In this document: positions 60,121 through 64,000 of the stretch, in pieces
Layout of the letters: every line of letters begins with the position of its first letter
Numbering within the stretch: the first letter of the stretch is position 1
Origin: Deinococcales bacterium
GTDB lineage: Bacteria; Deinococcota; Deinococci; Deinococcales; JAAFIG01
Length of the DNA stretch: 64,000 nucleotides
Assembly: GCA_031414595.1 (NCBI GenBank)
Contig: JANNVX010000109.1
Coordinates: 22,791-86,790 of the forward strand
Direction of reading: 5' to 3'
The notes under the pieces: model-generated
What the model was told of the DNA's origin: nothing
The model's input: the letters and a program-made list of their open reading frames with translations, nothing else
The model's database searches: none
Program-made: the position numbers and the translations under genes

Positions 60121-60157
60121 CTCTTGACCATAAACGCGCACCTAACGGGCATGGTCG
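60121..60157 (+). mobile_element. ~37-bp structured mini-element, copy E4
   Basis: CTCTT-GACCAT-AAACGC-GCACC-TAAC-GGGC-ATGGTC-G, between the arms of a CGCC/GGCG hairpin and followed by a CCCCCTC/GAGGGGG hairpin. Confidence 0.72.
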
Positions 60158-60223
60158 CTCGGCGACCCCCTCGAAAAGAGGGGGTTTAAGAGCCAAAAAC
60201 CAATACAAAATGGAGACATACCA

Positions 60224-62029
60224 ATGAACCCACCTTTGCAACCAGTCGGAATGATTTTAGGCACTAAAGACAGCGCTCCGCTCGAGTTTTGGGTCGGTGT
60301 CAACGAAGGACAAATGCTGCAACTCGATGATTTGGTGGTAGTGAAAACCAAGAAACCACTCGAGGGGACGAACGATTTTATTTCTTTTTATGGTGTGGTG
60401 GACAGTGTACGAAAACTTCATGAAGGAGTGCAGTTTGATTCGGACACGCGCCTTGCGCTCGAGGGAACAATTCCAGTCAATGTGTCTTACGCGGCGCATG
60501 TGATTGTGACTCGAGTAGACCCCGAAGAATTTGTGCCACCACATCCCGGCGACGAGGTTTGGCACGCGATTGGCAAAGAACTCGAGATGGCGCTGTATCA
60601 AGACCGCATGGAATCGGTCACACCGGCTGGGGTCTTAAGAAATGGTCAGCCCACCTACCTCAATTTTGCTTTTCTGAACGGCGAGAATGGCGCTCATGTC
60701 AACATTAGTGGTGTTTCGGGTGTTGCCACCAAAACCAGCTATGCACTTTTTCTGCTGTACAGCATCTTTAATTCCAATGCCCTAGGACTGGAAAAAAGCA
60801 ATTCTCGAGCCGTGATTTTTAATGTTAAAGGCGAAGATTTACTTTTCTTAGACCAAGAAAACAATAAATTTCGTGACCGTGAAGCCAAACAAAGCGCGGC
60901 TCGAGGCTTAGAAACCGACCGCTACACGGTTTGTGGTTTACCCGCCACGCCTTTTCAGGATGTACAGTTTTTAGCCCCAAATATTGGTACAGAAGGTGTG
61001 ATTACGCACGGCGCATCACAACGTGGGCAAGGCATCACGCCGTACCTTTGGACAATTAAACAATTTGCCCTCGAGCGATTACTGCCGTACTGCTTTGCAG
61101 ACCGTGATGCAAGCCTGAATCTTGGTTTTTTAATTGGTCAAATCGAAGAACGGCTCTTTAAGCTCGGCTCGAGCCAAGATGCCAGCGCCCCGCATATTTT
61201 GGTAGATGACTGGTCACGCGAAGACATTGCCGAAATAGACGACAGTATCGAATTTAACCAAATTGGTAAAGCCAAACTGACCAGTTTTACCCAGTTAATT
61301 GCTTACCTCGAGTACAAGTTAATTGACCAAAACGACGGCGAAGGCGACCCGCGCTGGGCTGGTAAGCAACCAAGTGGCACACGTCAGGCTTTTGTGCGGC
61401 GCTTGCGTGGTGTGGTCAAGCACCTCAATCCACTCATCCGAGGCGATTTAGACGCGGCTCGAGCCGCCGCTTACCGCCCCGACCCAATGCGGAATCAGCT
61501 TAGTGTAGTGGATATTCACGGGCTGCACAGCCACGCGCAAATGTTTGTGGTTGGGGTGATTTTGAAGCAACTGTTTGAGGACAAAGAACGCAAAGGGCGC
61601 ACACCCTATGTTTTTGTGGTGCTGGATGAGTTGAATAAATACGCCCCTCGAGACGGCGAAAGCCCAATTAAAGATGTGCTGCTCGATATTGCCGAACGTG
61701 GGCGGAGCTTGGGGATAATTTTAATTGGCGCTCAGCAAACGGCTTCTGAGGTTGAACGGCGGATTGTTTCAAACGCCAGTATTCGTGTGGTCGGGCGCTT
61801 AGACCCCGCCGAAGCCGAACGCCCAGAGTACAGGTTTTTACCAGCCGCCTTTAGAATGCGCTCTGGGATTTTGCAGCCCGGGACAATGATTGTGAGTCAG
61901 CCCGAAGTGCCAAGCCCTGTGATGATTACTTTTCCGTTTCCAGCATGGGCAACCCGCCGTGATGAAGTCAAAGACATGCCGACGACAAGGGAAGAATCGG
62001 AGAAAGTGGCGGCTGATTGGCTAACCTAA
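60224..62029 (+). CDS. herA: HerA family ATPase/DNA translocase
   Basis: HAS barrel N-terminus, [44 protein letters not shown]. Confidence 0.9.
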   Translation: MNPPLQPVGMILGTKDSAPLEFWVGVNEGQMLQLDDLVVVKTKKPLEGTNDFISFYGVVDSVRKLHEGVQFDSDTRLALEGTIPVNVSYAAHVIVTRVDPEEFVPPHPGDEVWHAIGKELEMALYQDRMESVTPAGVLRNGQPTYLNFAFLNGENGAHVNISGVSGVATKTSYALFLLYSIFNSNALGLEKSNSRAVIFNVKGEDLLFLDQENNKFRDREAKQSAARGLETDRYTVCGLPATPFQDVQFLAPNIGTEGVITHGASQRGQGITPYLWTIKQFALERLLPYCFADRDASLNLGFLIGQIEERLFKLGSSQDASAPHILVDDWSREDIAEIDDSIEFNQIGKAKLTSFTQLIAYLEYKLIDQNDGEGDPRWAGKQPSGTRQAFVRRLRGVVKHLNPLIRGDLDAARAAAYRPDPMRNQLSVVDIHGLHSHAQMFVVGVILKQLFEDKERKGRTPYVFVVLDELNKYAPRDGESPIKDVLLDIAERGRSLGIILIGAQQTASEVERRIVSNASIRVVGRLDPAEAERPEYRFLPAAFRMRSGILQPGTMIVSQPEVPSPVMITFPFPAWATRRDEVKDMPTTREESEKVAADWLT

Positions 62030-62048
62030 ACTCGAGAGCCGAACCTTG

Positions 62049-62076
62049 AATCTTACTTGTCACTTAAAGTAAGATT
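62049..62076. promoter_or_regulatory. Probable antitoxin operator
   Basis: Perfect 10-bp inverted repeat AATCTTACTT-N8-AAGTAAGATT just upstream of the antitoxin ATG. Confidence 0.7.
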
Positions 62077-62080
62077 TATT

Positions 62081-62347
62081 ATGGAACACTCGAGAATCAG
62101 CAGCAAAGGGCAATTGGTAATCCCAAAAGGTTTGCGTGAAAAACTCGATTGGCGCGAAGGTGACGAGATTATATTCAGTCTCGAGGACAATAAACTGACC
62201 CTGCAAGCGCTTGCCAAGCGCGACTTGAGCGAAGTGCTAAGCCAACTCGAGCCTAGCCCCGCCAAGGTGGTGTACACCGATTTTGACCACTTGCTCGAGG
62301 TAGAAAAACAAAGTGCCAAAGCCCGTCGCGCTCGAGAGCGCTCGTAA
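62081..62347 (+). CDS. AbrB/MazE/SpoVT-family antitoxin (VapB)
   Basis: SRISSKGQLVIPKGLREKL...EGDEI. Confidence 0.9.
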   Translation: MEHSRISSKGQLVIPKGLREKLDWREGDEIIFSLEDNKLTLQALAKRDLSEVLSQLEPSPAKVVYTDFDHLLEVEKQSAKARRARERS

Positions 62348-62733
62348 TGTGGACAGATACCAATATCTTAGTGCGTTTGGTGACACAACATCCAACAGCC
62401 CAATTTCAAGCTGTGCAAGGCTACTTGCAAACGGTAACTACGGCTGTAAAAGTACATCCAGCCCATATTTGTGAAGCCCTTTATGTCCTCGAGGGGCAGG
62501 TTTATCAGTTCACGACCACTCGAGCCGCGCAAGAACTCGAACTGATTTTAAGTGCCAGTTGTTTTGAAGTCATAGACGCAATTGCTACTGTCAAGGCATT
62601 ACGAGCCTACCCAGCCAGCAACCTTGATTTTCCAGATGTACTGCTCTGCGAATTGGCTCGAGCCGAAGCAAGCGAGGTACTGACCTTTGATAAGAAAATG
62701 GCGCGTCTAGGTGTACCCATTCAGATACCCTAG
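62347..62733 (+). CDS. PIN-domain toxin (VapC)
   Basis: DTNILVR, ICEALYVL, DFPD, LTFD; TAATG coupling to the antitoxin. Confidence 0.9.
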   Translation: MWTDTNILVRLVTQHPTAQFQAVQGYLQTVTTAVKVHPAHICEALYVLEGQVYQFTTTRAAQELELILSASCFEVIDAIATVKALRAYPASNLDFPDVLLCELARAEASEVLTFDKKMARLGVPIQIP

Positions 62734-62885
62734 CTCGCCTATCGTTTTTTGTGGAAAATATGGGAAGCCCAGACGACCAATTCTTAAACTGAGAAAGCGG
62801 CAGCTGATTGGTTTTTGTAGACTTTAACACCGAATACAGCACATGTAGTATTTAGAAATATTGCATATTATGCTAAGTGCCACAA

Positions 62886-63167
62886 TTATTTTTGCTCACA
62901 GAAGGAGCTAGTCTTGGTACGCTTAAGTATCTTTTCAAGATTGCAAAAAGCTACTGTTAATTCTTTCAAGTTCTTGTCGGCTTGTTCATTTTTTTGTTTC
63001 AATATTTTATATTCTGATGCCTTTTGCGAATTTTGAATTAAATTATAAAAAGTACCTATAAAAAGTGTAGCTATAAAGAAAAGAATAATTAGGTTAAAAT
63101 AATTCACTTGTTTGTCAAATGAGTTATTTTTTTCTTCATCTAAAATAAAATCTCGACCATGTTTCAT
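62886..63167 (-). CDS. Small single-TM, coiled-coil hypothetical protein (AT-rich island)
   Basis: One hydrophobic helix then a K/Q/E-rich helix; ATGA overlap with the GTPase stop. Confidence 0.7.
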   Translation of the reverse strand: MKHGRDFILDEEKNNSFDKQVNYFNLIILFFIATLFIGTFYNLIQNSQKASEYKILKQKNEQADKNLKELTVAFCNLEKILKRTKTSSFCEQK

Positions 63168-63865
63168 ATTAATTTCTCTATGTAATCGTCTCTGATGCTA
63201 TTGATGTGATTAGTATTTGTTGCATCAATAACCAGAGTGCGAAAAAAACGACCTGAGGAGTAGCCATTCAATGATTTAATTAAATCCATATAAGAATTTT
63301 GCGCTTTTTCTGTGATCAAAACATTACTTATATTTTCGTTTGGATTCAATGCAGTAAGGCAATTTACTTTATTTATAAGTAAGAACATCCTATTAGGTCG
63401 ACATTTTTTAATCAATAAATCAACCATCCATTTTGAGAAAAAAGACTTATTTTCTTTAATTCTGTTTGTATCAAAGCTGTTTTGTATTGGAGTTGGCTGC
63501 CCTTGTAGTAGTGGTGGGCTAAATAAATCAACCATAAAAATTATGCCATACCATTTAATATTAGAATTATAGATTGAATCTATTGTTTGTTTTATATCTT
63601 GCCCCGCTGTATCCCAATAATGCACACGGCTATTTGGACTTTTTGAAGAGTATTTTTGCACTGAACTTGTTGGTATTGTTGAAATGTTACTTGCACTTAC
63701 TACTTGGTTGATAAATTCAGATTTACCTGCTCCTCCAACACCAAGAATCAAAATATTTTTATCTCGATTTGGTGAGAAGCTTTGAATAAATCTCCAAATT
63801 GAAGTAAAAAAATAGCTCCAAGTAAATTTTACGATTTGCTGAAAAACAAATCCTCCAAATAACAA
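63164..63865 (-). CDS. Ras-superfamily small GTPase, Arf/Sar-like (AT-rich island); start codon uncertain
   Basis: G1 GVGGAGKS, G2 TIPT, G3 WDTAGQ, GIIFMVD, G4 variant NKVN, G5-like DAT. Confidence 0.8.
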   Translation of the reverse strand: MLFGGFVFQQIVKFTWSYFFTSIWRFIQSFSPNRDKNILILGVGGAGKSEFINQVVSASNISTIPTSSVQKYSSKSPNSRVHYWDTAGQDIKQTIDSIYNSNIKWYGIIFMVDLFSPPLLQGQPTPIQNSFDTNRIKENKSFFSKWMVDLLIKKCRPNRMFLLINKVNCLTALNPNENISNVLITEKAQNSYMDLIKSLNGYSSGRFFRTLVIDATNTNHINSIRDDYIEKLI

Positions 63866-64000
63866 TAGTCTGGAACGTTTTTTAAATTTAAGAAATTAAA
63901 AGTGGAAGCCCTACTGTAAGCTGTGAGTGTCTAAACCAACGCTCCAAAAAGGCTTCCATGACTATCTTAAACCAAATTCTGACCTTAGCGGGTATTCGCA

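Noticed and set aside
59020-62029. nurA-herA as an anti-phage HerA system
   Set aside because: The partner is NurA and the pair matches the housekeeping DNA end-resection module known in Deinococcus/Thermus; host-like composition.

Overview
Core chromosomal window of a mid-GC bacterium, most likely Deinococcota (Deinococcales/Thermales-like; inferred from the argS, sdhCDAB, nurA-herA, bshB1 and prfB protein styles). In order it carries: the 3' end of a GmrSD-type (DUF1524) nuclease, argS, a SARP/BTAD-STAND-TPR regulator, an aldo-keto reductase, an MFS exporter and a frameshifted PD-(D/E)XK-like gene. Next come an 11-subunit complex I operon (nuoABCDHIJKLMN, no nuoEFG), a cyclophilin, sdhCDAB, an acetylpolyamine deacetylase with a polyamine ABC transporter, an ars operon with an aquaporin, a DTE xanthorhodopsin-type rhodopsin, ruvC, prfB (programmed +1 frameshift) and xisHI. 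The last part holds ppa, a split photolyase locus, plsY, bshB1, ppdK plus its regulator, ald/Lrp, nurA-herA, vapBC and an AT-rich island encoding an Arf-like small GTPase. No rRNA, tRNA, CRISPR array or transposase was recognised. Most unusual signals: (1) four copies of a 36-39 bp structured mini-element with a covarying stem, inserted into the loops of other palindromic repeats and in frame into genes; (2) a dockerin/EF-hand-like module inside NuoH, plus duplicated K-x-K-[KR]-W tails on NuoC and NuoI; (3) extreme over-representation of CTCGAG; (4) the Arf-like GTPase island. All calls come from reading the sequence by eye; no database searches were run.
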